A DNA stretch of 64,000 bases from Lytechinus pictus (lineage: Eukaryota): NCBI RefSeq assembly GCF_037042905.1, contig NC_087252.1:26166001-26230000 (forward strand), written 5' to 3'. Shown piece by piece: positions 51,834-64,000 of the stretch. Under the pieces are notes generated by a model, which was given only the letters and a program-made list of their open reading frames with translations, was not told the origin of the DNA and did no database searches. The position numbers and the translations under genes are program-made. Positions within the stretch are counted from its first letter, which is position 1, and each line of letters starts with the position of its first letter.

Positions 51834-54569
51834 CTACAACAAACCAAGAAAATATATCAATGATAAAAACTGAAAACAGATTGAGCAATACATGCATGAT
51901 AGGCTATAAATAGAAGTGTAAACACTCTAAGGGAAAATGAATTCAATATGTTAGTGATCTGGATAAATGCTCAATGATATAAAGCTCATCCTACTTTCGA
52001 TATGAATTCAGTTTAAAGAAAAAAATGAAATAGAATTTGAAGTATACAAAATGATGTCATTGGCCAATCTTATTAAACACTGGCAGCTGTCATTGGATTT
52101 CAGAATGAAAATACAAAGGTCTAGCAATAAAAAATAATCAAATTCTTTCAAAAAGAATTCACTGTGCAAATATTTTTTTTTTCATTTGCTTCCTCTAAGG
52201 TATCTCATGTAAATCTCGTAAAAATCTTACCGACACCAAAAAAATTATATACCACAAAAAATAAATGCATATGGAGCTGATTATTCAAACTGAAATTACA
52301 AGAAAATACATCTAATCCAAAACAAGATCAACAATGCAACCATTTCAACAAGATCACCGGCTTTCTTCATTTCGCCTCAGTTTGAGGTCGTCAATTTCAG
52401 CAATGAAAGGACAGCGTGCCATGGACTTTGCAAATGGTGGCTAACCAAGGGTATAGGGTACCAAAATATGCATGAAAAGATAAATAACATACTTTTACAT
52501 GCCAGCAAGCATCGAAGCCCAGCAAAGATGTAGCAGAAACAAAATTATGAAAATGAAAAGGATTTCAGAAATATAAATTTCATGGAATCTGACCGAATTT
52601 TTAGCAAGAATCTCAATACTTATTTTCAATTAACTATGTATACGGGAACAAAATATATCTTTGCATGAATAGAATAAAGATATAAGTTAGAATATGATTA
52701 TCCAACAATAAATACTTGCTGCTTATTCTTATTACATGTACATTTATAATTTGTTCACGTGCACGCCTGGTCCCCTATACCCCAGATTACCACTTAACAC
52801 TTGTCCATGACTAGTTAAATCATTATTAGTCAAATTAAAGCCGATATTATACATGTACATGTAATGTAAAGAGAGCATTAATAACTGCATTAAAGTATTA
52901 GGTACATGTATATTAGGAAAGAGGATGGTCATAGAATTGAGGAAACACTGATTGTTAAACCTATAAACCTAGACCTCTGTGATAAGTGAAAAGATTTATA
53001 CAGTACATGCTACAAAAGAAACATATATTATTTTCACTCAGAACAAACATGTATGTAAATAGTGAAAAGTTGAATATTCCTGGACCCCGTAACATGAACA
53101 TTAGCAATTGATCATTGGGTTCATTTAGAGAATTGTTGCATTGATTATTGTGTATAATCCATCACAAAACTCCCACTCACGATCAATCGCTAATGCTACA
53201 GTCAAATTTCCCCCAAAACAGCCCTTTTATTCATTTTTATTAAAACCACCCATATGTAGCTGGTACAAAAAAATGTATAAACGACTGTTTTCAACTCGCC
53301 GTACGGCCACCATAGAGCAAATGTGAGGTATTAGCTTTATGTTACATCCCCATGACTGCAATATTAACTTGTTATTCGTCTATTCAAATCAGAGTACTAC
53401 ATGTTCTATTGTATGTCTGGGATAGCTTCAGATTTTTCCATGGGATCGGGCCTTATTGATATTGTCCATTGCATGTGCAAAATTACCCATATTTTAAAAC
53501 TTACACCAAACTAGAGTATATATTGAATAAACCAATCCGAGTGATCTTGTTTTCCTCACTTGTTTTTTTTTAGTATGACAATTTTAAAAATCATATAAAG
53601 TCAAATTTGTTGAAACTTATTTTCCTAACGTATTCTCGAGGTGCATGTACAATACATTTTATATTAATGCATTTACTTTGGTTTTTCCAGGAAATCATAT
53701 TCTTCTGTGCAATACTCTGTATTTGTTGTAATACAGAGTAAAATCAAAGACAGTAAAGAAGGTAGAAAAGATACAAATAAAACAACAAAATAAACATACA
53801 AGAATATAACGAGACATATTAAATGACAAAGAAAGATTTACATGTGAAATGAACAAAGTAGCATGAACACAGCAAAACGTAAATACACGTAAACTTCCAA
53901 TAACTGAAAAACAAAACATGTATGCAGTGAGCACAGAGGCACATGCTTATCAAACACAAAATGAGCGGGAAGCTCAAAATTACAAATAAAGAATATAAAA
54001 ATACAAAGCAAGAAAGTAGAAAAAATATCAATATGTTTAAAACAACACAAAGATGTACATGTATAATTTAAATGCAGATACACAAGAAAGTATGACATAT
54101 ATACATTAGCATTGCAACTACTTTCAAGAATGACAGGAATCACAGGATTTTCAATACTTTTTGGCAGTGTATGTCTAAATACATTTAAACTCATTCCAGC
54201 ATCACATCAAAATACTTGACAGAAATAATTGCAAAAAAGCATTGGTAATCCACAAATTGTTGCAATCCTTTTATAAGTTGTCTGTGTTAGTATGTTAATA
54301 AGGGTTATAGAGTGGGTTTTAGTGGTATTCAGCGCAAGTGCTTCAATTTCCAAAGTCTACAAAATTGTACACAATATCTCAAAAAGAATATAGTATTCTT
54401 CATAAATATCTTTCTTCTCCATTGATAAAATATTTAAGAATTTCATATTTCATTTTTATCATTTATGTTGCATGAAATGTTTAGGTACGAGAACTGATTA
54501 CATAGAGAATTCACAACTAAATAAGAACAGCAAATGTCAAACAAATATAAAATAAATTTTGCCTGACGT

Positions 54570-54731
54570 GGGGCCCCGTTTCATAAAGACTTAGAACTTA
54601 ATAATGTAAATTTGACATTATTGTAACTTCCATGGAAACCTTGATACTAATTGGCTGCTTTCCCCTGTTAACATCGTAGTTGCCATAATGGCAAAGTTAC
54701 CATGGCTGTAACTCTTTATAAAATGGGCCCC
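54570..54731. mobile_element. Short MITE, TIR ggggccc..ttt.ataaaga
   Basis: ggggccccgtttcataaaga / tctttataaaatgggcccc; similar termini at about 9708-10070, 16290-16430, 17150-17290, 46966-47093, 60545-60768. Confidence 0.7.
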
Positions 54732-54943
54732 ATTACGTGAAGTCATACAAGTCAATCATTATTTATAACTTTGATTCAATAGGTTTTTCATGAGTTTTAG
54801 AAAAGCTTGAAATAAGAAATTATAATTCTTGAGATGTTTTAAAACAATATTCTTTTCAGACATCAATAGTGTACAATATTGCAATGACATTAGGAGAGCG
54901 AGCATAAACACATCTTGCTTGAATGAAAAGGGAAGGGGTTTAC

Positions 54944-54976
54944 CTGATGACTCTATCGTTTCCGTAAACGCTTCGT
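54944..54976 (-). CDS. Candidate 33-nt microexon B inside Ig3 (DEAFTETIESS)
   Basis: cactgactag|ACGAAG...TCATCAG|gtaaac; phase 1-1, open; about 125 nt upstream with no AG; 20/33 nt identical to A. Confidence 0.7.
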
Positions 54977-56250
54977 CTAGTCAGTGTGAACGCAAGGGGA
55001 GAAACCAAGATGAGGGATGTAAAGAACATGAGGTTAGCAAAGGGTGAATGATTTTCAAGGATTGGTTTTGGATTTTTTATCACAGATAGGGGGTATGGAG
55101 GCACTAACAAATATGGATGAAGAAAAACACAAATGTTCCGTAATGCTTCAGGAACTCCAACAAAACCGACTCTAGACCAATTAAAGCTATTACATTGTTT
55201 TGAATGGCATATGAACAATCGATTTTGAGGTTTCATAGATGTGACTATAGCATAAACCATGAGTTCAAAGGGATTTATAAATGGAAATCATGAACTAAAT
55301 AATTTTAACTGACAAGTGTGTTGGCCTGGTGAATATCTTAAGCACATTCATAATTACATTAAATATAAATGCAAGCAATCTTCAAATTTTGGAGGTTCAT
55401 CAAGAAATAAATTTGCATGATTTATATGGAAATATTCCTGAATTCAAACTTCTACCACTTGAGAATCACTTTTTTTTTGGGGGGGGGGCAAAGAAATGAA
55501 GATGACAGCATTGCTTGAATTTGGTTGAAATATGGAAATGAAAGGAAAATAATGGACTTAATGGGCTGAACTATAAACGTAAATGTCCCTATGAAGAGTA
55601 CAGAATGATGACAAACAAATTGGAAATAAATCCAATACAACACATATATGTAGTACAATGAATTTGTAATCAATAACAACCCATCTTACAAACTGTGATA
55701 CATATTTTTTAGCTTACAGCTTGGTGTCCTCTTGTAATGCAGCATTCATAGTAAAGGCAATGCAAGCTCTCATTCAAAAGGGCCCTAAAATGGTCTTGGG
55801 GTGGGGTCATTTCAACTAATCACAGGTGCATATTAGACAATACAGAAGAAGATTTAACTCAGGGCTACCAACTGTAAATTTAATTCCGCCCAATCTAACA
55901 ATTTAACATTTTGGAACAGATAAATTACTAAGAAGACCAAATGTTAATCTCACATTCTTAAAAACCTATATAAACCTGACAAATAAAGCTGCATTCATCA
56001 CAACACATTTTGACTTCTCTCATCTCGACTATTCAAGCTTGCATTAGAGAAACATTAGGGGTAGGACTTGTGAGTTGCAATCACTTACGGCACTTCCTTA
56101 TACATGCAAGGTACATGTATATTTCTTTGTGTGGACATAAATAAGTTCATTGCCAAAATTTAGTCTACCCCCACTTTGTCTACTGTGTCTCACTAATAAT
56201 CCAATTATCTCTTTTTTTTTTTTGGGGGGGGGTGTGAATGTGAACTTTAC

Positions 56251-56283
56251 CTGATGAGCTGATGGAGTATGCAAACTCATTGT
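56251..56283 (-). CDS. Candidate 33-nt microexon A inside Ig3 (DNEFAYSISSS)
   Basis: ctgactattttggtag|ACAATG...TCATCAG|gtaaag; phase 1-1, open; about 330 nt upstream with no AG; paralogous to microexon B. Confidence 0.7.
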
Positions 56284-57287
56284 CTACCAAAATAGTCAGG
56301 TGACACAAGTCAGGTGACACACATTAAGGTCAAAGGTCAATGAGGGTGGTGATGGAGGTGGTGATGGTGATGAACATTTCCCAGAGGGAGGGAAATCAGG
56401 TGATGGAAGGGCAGCAAATAAACCAAGCCAAAAACCCAACAGATGAAACAGGAAAATGAACGTAAGAACATGTTTTAAATCATAGGTTTGGGGGTAAAAA
56501 CAGAAAATACAAAAGCAAATGAAATATTTTGAATAAATTACAACATAATAAATAATCATAATTATAGGATAAAGGGTGAAAACAAACACAAAAGAAAATT
56601 CCAATGCAAATCAAATACTTGGAATACAATAAACCATAAAAAACACAACATGATTAAGAAAGCAATTGTAAATTGTAAAAAAAGACAAAACCTGATAGCT
56701 CTTCATGCGCGACAGAGTAAAATGAGAAATAATACACTCTTTTACTTCATACAAAGCCAACTGAGAGCAAAAGAAAAAACTTTTTTATAGCGCAATTTAG
56801 CTTCCGAGTCATTACTTCCTTATGTGACTGTGGGAATGCTTAAAAGATAGTTAAAAGAGTGTAGCAATTAGCATTTCATACGAGCATGGCATCACATATT
56901 AAACTTTACTGGTTTTGCAATAGGTTTGATGTGCTTCATGGAGGCAATGCTATGGTGCGGAGGATACCAATTTTGTTGTTTTAATGATAGGGGGGTGGAT
57001 GGAAACATTTCATTACATATATGACTTTTGCAAATATCAATTTTATGAGGCAATAACATGTGTAAAAACTATCATAGGAAATTGCTGTAATTCTTGTTTT
57101 CTTAATCAAAGTCTATGATAATCGGATTTCATGCAATAATATTCAGAAAATTTGAATGACTTCATGGACTGAAATACAAAGCATTCAGATCAATACACCT
57201 ATACTTATATGATATTAAGATTCAATTTTAAGCAAAAATCCCAACTTAGGCATTTTCCTTGGAGATTCATTTTAAATGATTTGTTAA

Positions 57288-57862
57288 AGGAGAATGAAAC
57301 CCTTGAAACCAGCTGAATCCATATCAAAAAGAAAAATCAAAGAAACATATTGTTGAAAGTTTGAGGAAGATTGAATGAATAATAAGAAAGTTATGAGCAT
57401 TTGAATATTGAGATCACTAATGCCATGTAGATCCTCCTATTGGCAATGCGACCAAGATCTGTGATGTCACACACGTACAACTCCCTCATTACTTTAGTAC
57501 TTATTTCACTTATATTCTCACTTTTATAGAGTCTATCACAAGGTGAGGTGTTCTCTTTATGAGAGGACAAGTACAGAGGTTTCACAACATTATATCATTG
57601 ATGAATCGTTTGTCATATGAGCAAAAAGAGATGTTTTGGGGTATATCTTCAGTGTCCAAAAGGGGAGAGTTGTTCATCTGTGACATCATAGATCTTGGTT
57701 GCATTGCCAATGGGAGGATCTCCATAGCATTAGTGATCTCGACATTCAAATGCTCATAACTCTTCTATTGCTAGTCCTATTTTACTCAAACTTTTGTTGA
57801 TCTTATTCTTTGATTTTTCTGCTTTCACAAAAGCTAACTTGCTCCAAGAGTTTCATTCTCCT
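57288..57862. mobile_element. TTAA-target element with long imperfect TIRs
   Basis: ttaa|aggagaatgaaac...gtttcattctcct|ttaa; arms include gagatcactaatgc.atg.agatcctcc.attggcaatgc. Confidence 0.87.
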
Positions 57863-58333
57863 TTAAAGTGCATTCTTCAACAAGCCTCCACACACACAAA
57901 CACGAATAATTCATTGGTATTCAACCCTTAACGTGCCATGAACACATATCTGTGCATCCACTGGAGTGCCACGAACACATTTTCGTGCAATGGTCATACA
58001 GCTATTGTTATGTCTATTGCATTTTGAGGAGTGCATTGCATGCATGAGTGATTCCATTGTTCAGTTCAGCCTATGGTCAAGAGGTTTAAGATTATTGTCT
58101 CATGAGTGATTCTCTTTTTTTTTATAAATAAAACATTTAAATATAGACTCTTTGAAAAAAGTGGCACTCGCTGATTACAGTGAATGGCACATTAAGAGTT
58201 AAACCCAATTGGTATCAGTTATTTCTTCAAATCAATATAACAGCATTTACATGATAATGGGAAATGTGTTGGTTCCACAAGGCGCTATCTTAGGACCTAG
58301 TCTATTCACTTTATTACTGGTATGGTTACTTAC

Positions 58334-58489
58334 CTGCCCTACTGGGCGCAATGCGGTTACCACTGGGATCATACCAGACAGGGAGTGGTGCATCTGGACC
58401 TTCGCTTTCGCACAAGAAACTGACACTGTCACCAACAGAGGGCGTTAGTACCTGGTCGGGTGTTATTGTGATGTTGTAGAACACTTCGA
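58334..58489 (-). CDS. Exon: Ig3 N-half (VEVFYNITITPD...FLCESEG...PVWYDPSGNRIAPSRA)
   Basis: 156 nt, tag|...|gtaag. Confidence 0.92.
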
Positions 58490-58746
58490 CTAGTGACAAA
58501 ATAAAGAAAACATAATTTTTTTTTACTTTAATTCCAGCTTGTACTTGTTCTTCATGCAATTTACAAGAATTTACATTCTTCCTTTTACATGATGGCGGAA
58601 ATAAACATATGAACAATAATGAAAGACTAAGCAATCGTAAGTGGCGAAAAAAGTAAAAATAGGAAAGGCAAGGAATAGAGCTATGGAGATGCTGCAACCA
58701 ACTTCTAAAGTGGAAGAAGATATTCAGATAGAAAGAGAAATCTTAC

Positions 58747-58845
58747 CTTCTATTTCACAGAACTCTCCTTCAAAACCTTGCTTGCACACACACTGACTCC
58801 TTATGCAGTCACCTCTGTTCTGACATGGCTGCTCGCAGGTTGATG
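58747..58845 (-). CDS. Exon: EGF (STCEQPCQNRGDCIRSQCVCKQGFEGEFCEIE)
   Basis: 99 nt, tag|...|gtaag, 6 Cys. Confidence 0.93.
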
Positions 58846-59550
58846 CTAAAGACATAGGGGTCATATCAAGGAACTTTGTCAGAATTTCAAGATATTAATG
58901 TAAATAATAAGTAGCACTATCAAGTGCATCATGCTTGGGAAATTTTTGTTATAGTTCCACTTCCTATAGATTGCAATAAGAGAATTCATTTTGAGTTTTG
59001 ATGCTAAAAGTAAATGGTACACATAAAGGGGACTTTGTCAAAATTTCACCATATCTGAATTAATTAACACCTACAGCTATGAAAAGAAAACATTTGGTAA
59101 AATATCAGCTGGGACCCTTGCAGTATCCACATGGATTACAGATGCACATGAGGGAAATCGTTTATGTTTTATGCTATAAATGAGTAATTCAAATTGAGAC
59201 AGTATGAATCTTTCCGTATTATTCACAGAGTAAGAGAAGTTTACCGTCACTGCATCTAGAAACTGCATGGGTTTTGAATTATCTGCGGGCCTCTGCTAAA
59301 CTTCCTTAGGCCGGACTACTTACATATTTGCAGGATTTTGAAATAGCTTCCTGACACAGCAACAAAATGAAAAATTATCCCAGGATGCTCTTGGATCATA
59401 GAATGATGAAATATAAACTACTCTTACCTTTCAATGACAAGTTAACCCAAAATGATGGTTTTGCTCATTGTGCACATAGACCTGCTAATTACTTTTTTTG
59501 TTTCCCCAAAGCAGTCTTCATAGATAAGTTTCATTTCATAAATATCTTAC

Positions 59551-59694
59551 GTGGTATGTTGAGAGGATAGAGGCTCGTCAATGGTCCAGCCGTACAAGCA
59601 TACATTCCGACCATCTCTTCAGAGACACTACTAACAGTTAGCTGGGTCATCAAGGGCGTCAGCTGCACAGCATGAATGGGAGGCCGTGAAGGAT
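59551..59694 (-). CDS. Exon: Ig2 C-half (DPSRPPIHAVQLTPLMTQLTVSSVSEEMVGMYACTAGPLTSLYPLNIP)
   Basis: 144 nt, tag|...|gtaag, GMYAC-x-AGP motif. Confidence 0.9.
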
Positions 59695-60292
59695 CTACGA
59701 GTAATGCACAAGAATGTTCATATTACAGTATTGGTATATGGCCACATGTACTAATGGGAAACATAATAATAATGATGAGTATTGCCTAGGGTAGGAAGTT
59801 AAGAACCAAGCACCCTAAGAATATAATGTTATTATGACCTTTCTCCATCTTTATTCTGTAATGGCCACACGCCCATAGAGTGCATAAATTGTTTCCATAA
59901 GTTCAGTGTTAAAGTACATCTGTGAAGAGGTAAATCTTACCTAAAGTGAAGGTACATGTAGCATGCACAGAGTTTCGAAGATTTTGTGTTAAGTTCATTG
60001 TAAAAATACATGTGTGAACATTTACTAATCTCACCTTAAGTTTTGGTAACATTACCAACAAAATAATTTTTGTAAGTTCACATTTAGTGTACCAGTGAGT
60101 GTGAAAATGTAAAAAATTATCCATAGTATTCGCAAAATACAATTAAAGTAAAAGGGATCAGTGTAAGTTCGGTGTTAAAGTACATGTATGCAATTATAAA
60201 ATATAACCTACATTTACATTGTCTACAGAGTGCCACAGGTGCTTGTCTAGGTTAAGTGTTGAAGTACAAGTGTAAAGGTGTTAAAATATTAC

Positions 60293-60463
60293 CCAAGGTG
60301 TTGACAACTGGGAACACTTCATCATTTGGTCCATGCCATCTTGGGTTGGTGTAGAGCGGGTTGGGGCTGACCTGACACAGGAAGTTGATCTCTTCACCGA
60401 TGTTTGGATCGCGATCCAACGAGGAGGTGATAGTGATGTTCACCTTAATTCCTTCTGGTCCAA
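60293..60463 (-). CDS. Exon: Ig2 N-half (VGPEGIKVNITI...FLCQVS...PRWHGPNDEVFPVVNTL)
   Basis: 171 nt, poly-T tag|...|gtaat, Cys and Trp motif. Confidence 0.9.
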
Positions 60464-61557
60464 CTAAAAAAAGAAAAAAATGTTACATCTTCATAATCAT
60501 CATCATAACCAGGATCAGTGGTGACAAATGGGCTAGTCACACCTGGGAGGTGTTTCACAAAGATTTAAGTATGACTTTAGAGTCGAAATTAAATGCCTAC
60601 ATGTAGTTGCGTATGTTATAAAAGGAATGACGGCATTGCTCAGAGCATGCCGAGAGGACCCGCACTACCGCGTATTGATCAGTAAGATTGCGAGTTGCAT
60701 ATTATGTAAGCATCGGCATTTAAGTGCGACTCTAAGTCATACTTTAATCTTTGTGAAACACCACCCTGGTTACATTGTTGAAGCTGTTGCTCAATTCTGT
60801 TTTTAAAAGTTAAAATACAAAATGTCACAATTGAGTTCTACAATCATAAAATTGCTAGTTCATATGTAGCTACATAAATTGTCCTGATATCACTGAGTCA
60901 ATTGGTTGTCATCACAATCCATGCTTATTTTGTATTTACATTTTTCTTTGTATTTCGATTCTGCAATGTGTCCAACCCATTTCAGTTTGCCTTATAAACT
61001 TTATAAATTCAGGTTGAGAATCAACTTGCCTAGTCAATAAAGGTCTGTGTATTTCAAAAGCTCACCATTTCATACATGAATATTCTTCAAGAGATTAGAA
61101 GGAATGGAATACATCCTGAAAGTAGTAGTTCCTTAAGCCCCCATCACACTTATTCCGAATCAAGCAGAATTGGCCGGAATGAAAGGACTCTCGTTCGACC
61201 ACCAGTTGGTCATTTAAATCTACTTCGAACACCGTTCGAAAATACCCCTTGAATATTTTTAACATGACCAAACCTTCGCGACGGCCAAAAGAATGACAAA
61301 AATAGTTTGAATGCAGTCAGAATATTTAGAATGCGCCTAAAATGTCCAAGAATGTAGCACGAATTATCAATCTGACTCCACTGCGGTACATTTTGACTAG
61401 TGTATAATGATTCACCTGGTCAATTTACTAAATTTCAACTCCAGTTTGGTGAATTAATAAGTTCCTCCAAAATATTTCTAGATTTTTTAAATATTATTTT
61501 CGTTCCAGCTTCTGCTTGATTCCTGCTGATTCCGAATAAGTGTGATGGGGGCTTTAC

Positions 61558-61656
61558 CTGGTATTTCACAAGACATTCCTGCGAATCCAATAGGGCACAG
61601 ACAGGCTCCATTGTCACACGTTCCACCATTGGTACAGATGTCTTCACACTCTCCAC
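61558..61656 (-). CDS. Exon: EGF (GECEDICTNGGTCDNGACLCPIGFAGMSCEIP)
   Basis: 99 nt, cag|...|gtaaa, 6 Cys EGF spacing. Confidence 0.93.
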
Positions 61657-62278
61657 CTGTTAAATCATACAAGCGATAAAGAAATCAAAGACAGATTACT
61701 CCATAATTGGCTTTAAATATTTCCTTGTTCTCAACTTGACATATACCTCTATTGGAAGATAGCATTGAAAATGCACATATTGGAGCTTAACGACATGCCC
61801 TCATCAGAGTAAAATCACACAAACAGAACTCTAGATTAAAAGAGTATGTCCGTACTCAATGCTATTTTCCAATTTTGGAATACCAAAGACACTTTCTTTA
61901 CACCTTCATACGGTATGCTATTCTCACTATCTTGCTTGCACTGCTACAAACTGTACATAGAGATCTACTATGACATCCCATATTCATTGTTAAATCAACT
62001 TTTTAACTTCCCACATCAATGAGGCGATCATGTTTATTCATATACATGTAACAGCAAAGGAGGCAAGAAACCCCAAAAGGTTACACCAAACATAACTATA
62101 AATTATAGGGGAATTAATGAAGGGATTTCTCAGGCAATATTTCAATCGATTGAAAATACCTAATTTCAACTGATGAAGGTTACAAGCTACTAAAATCCAT
62201 GTATCTGATTAGCTTAGAGCGAATTTGTCAGAGAATATCACAAACAAAATGCTTGTGAAAACCCTCTCCCACACTTAC

Positions 62279-62416
62279 TCCTGGGGATGAGGACAAAGGA
62301 AGATTCCAGGGGACCCACTCTGCAGGTGTATTCTCCTGCATCTTCTACAAGCAGCTCATTGATGCTAAGACGGTTAGACTTCCTGGTGCTGCGAGTATTG
62401 ATGTGCTTACTACCTC
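62279..62416 (-). CDS. Exon: Ig1 C-half (GGSKHINTRSTRKSNRLSINELLVEDAGEYTCRVGPLESSFVLIPR)
   Basis: 138 nt, cag|...|gtaag, DAGEYTC motif; absent from ORF track. Confidence 0.92.
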
Positions 62417-62973
62417 CTGTGGGAATAGGGGGGATGAAAATAATATGAGAAAATGTTTTTTACACAATCACGAAAATTTACATGTTTTTGGTAAGCGTTC
62501 CTCTTGCTGCTTTAGTATTACAGCGCCAGCTGCAATGAAAGTCTGACAAGCTTGTAGCCTAGCAAGGGAAAGCTTACCAAGAACAGGTAAATTTTTTTGA
62601 TTGAGTAATAAAAAACATTTTTCTCATGTCTTCACACCAATCAGATGTACCTTTTCAGTGAAATAATAATAATAGTGATAGTAATAATAGTAATAACTAT
62701 CATTTACCCAGGGTAGACACTTGAACTGTTAAATTCAAATTCAATTCTGTTTTATTAAACAATACTCGTCAAAAAGTCCGAAGACTAACAATGTGAGTTT
62801 ACATTTTAACTGATTCTAAAGCAGGCCCTGCATAACATAATATACACGTAGGTTATTATTACGCTTCACCATTCCCACTTGAAAAGAAGGGAGAAGATCC
62901 CATTACTTAAGTCTTCAGTAGGTCTTGAGGCGTGCGCTCCACCATTAAGCTGTAATACCAAGAATGATTCAAA

Positions 62974-63291
62974 GGCCAGAATTCTGAAGTCGGGTTTAAC
63001 TTAAACTCAGGTTTAAAGTTGTGGTTTAAGTATTTAAGTATGGATAGCCAATTGTTACATAAATCACTAACAGTAGAGATATCATGTTTCAGCTCATTTG
63101 GCTCTCAAATCTTTCATAATTGTCTAAGAAGTATAAAAAGATGATCATCTTCACCGTCAATGAATCAGGAAAGAGCACAGTAAACATAAGAAACATACAA
63201 CCTAATAAAAATTTTGACACTTGTGGCTTCCAATAATTTTAGTACAGGTTAGACCACGGTCGAAATTAAACCTGACTTCAGAATATGGGCC
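62974..63291. mobile_element. MITE, uninterrupted sister of 1516-2428
   Basis: TIR ggcc...attctgaagtc.ggtttaa and collinear internal sequence. Confidence 0.82.
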
Positions 63292-63676
63292 AAAGAGTCT
63301 AGGAATTGATTTGAAGAAATCAGAAGTGCATTAATCCTTATTATATTGAAGTACAGGCAAACATGTTGCAAGTTGTTGTATTGCCAAACTCACATTACTG
63401 CTGTATCTGTATGGACTAATAATGACCAGAGAAATATGACGTGACATGACAAGAAATATGACTGACCAGAGAAATATACCTTGATTTGAAAAAAAATAGG
63501 ACTAGTAGATTTAAAATGGCAAACAGACACGTGTATGACAAACTTTTCCTTTAAAATTCCTTTCTTTTTTCCCAATATCATGAATTCTTAATCATTATTT
63601 ATTGCCTACTTTGATGAGAAAGCAAATTTTGATAATGTTGTGTCAGTGGACATGTCAAAGTTCATCATTAGCTTAC

Positions 63677-63835
63677 CTCTTCCGACCGACCTTATGACCT
63701 CTCCATCAGGACCAATCCACTGTGGATTGACCTCATTGGTGTTGCCCCGAATTTCACACAGGATCTTGGTGTTGATCCCAACTAGGAACTGGTTATTACG
63801 CTGGATGCGGATTCGAAGCTGGTAGTCATTTGTAA
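63677..63835 (-). CDS. Exon: Ig1 N-half (TNDYQLRIRIQ...ILCEIRG...PQWIGPDGEVIRSVGR)
   Basis: 159 nt, tag|...|gtaag, phase 1-1, B-strand Cys and C-strand Trp. Confidence 0.9.
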
Positions 63836-64000
63836 CTATCAATAAAAATATATAAGAGCTTATGACATATACAATGAGCAACATCTTTCTTATATCACAT
63901 GAACCTGTTATACCACTCAACTAATACTGGAAACCATTCTAAATGTTATATTTCTATATGCTAGTAAGGCATAAAAAGGGACACACAAACTCATATTTTG

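Larger units (their letters stand above)
398..63835 (-). other. Partial multi-exon gene for a large extracellular Ig/EGF tandem-repeat protein (8 Ig + 13 EGF in window; both ends outside)
   Basis: 28 exons with canonical AG/GT ends splice in frame (all phase 1) into a 1228-codon open frame with repeated C..W..YxC Ig motifs and 6-Cys EGF motifs (usually with NGG). Confidence 0.93.

Noticed and set aside
56089..56096. 8-nt segment aag|GAAGTGCC|gtaagt near microexon A
   Set aside because: Frame-shifting length and poor acceptor
59936..59955. ccttcactttag|gtaaga, resembling a recursive splice site (similar AG|GT at about 13289 and 44517)
   Set aside because: AG|GTRAG is also the ordinary donor consensus, and this host intron is only about 600 nt; not distinguishable from chance
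398..63835. Assigning a known symbol (perlecan, hemicentin, tenascin, Tie, neuregulin, fibropellin)
   Set aside because: None of these has this alternating Ig/short-EGF order as far as I know, and the diagnostic terminal domains are outside the window

Overview
AT-rich, intron-rich animal genomic DNA. The repeat content (tRNA-derived SINEs, TTAA-target MITEs, an L2/CR1 fragment) suggests a marine invertebrate such as an echinoderm; this is an inference. The whole 64 kb lies inside one large minus-strand gene whose start and end are outside the window. By hand I reconstructed 28 GT-AG exons (3684 nt, 1228 codons, no internal stops). They encode 8 Ig-like and 13 short EGF-like domains in the order Ig-E-Ig-E-Ig-E-Ig-E-E-Ig-E-E-Ig-E-Ig-E-E-Ig-E-E-E. 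Every intron is phase 1, every exon is a multiple of 3, and each Ig is split into N-half and C-half exons. I do not recognise the gene. The most striking feature is a pair of paralogous 33-nt candidate microexons (DNEFAYSISSS and DEAFTETIESS) in the unusually long intron splitting the third Ig; both have long AG-free zones upstream, suggesting regulated and possibly mutually exclusive loop inserts. Other notable items: a poly(A) retroposon whose 13-bp target duplication copies a splice donor, an EGF+half-Ig fused exon, several local duplications of splice-site segments, candidate stop-containing alternative exons, and nested non-autonomous transposons. Most ORFs in the supplied track are low-complexity or chance ORFs.
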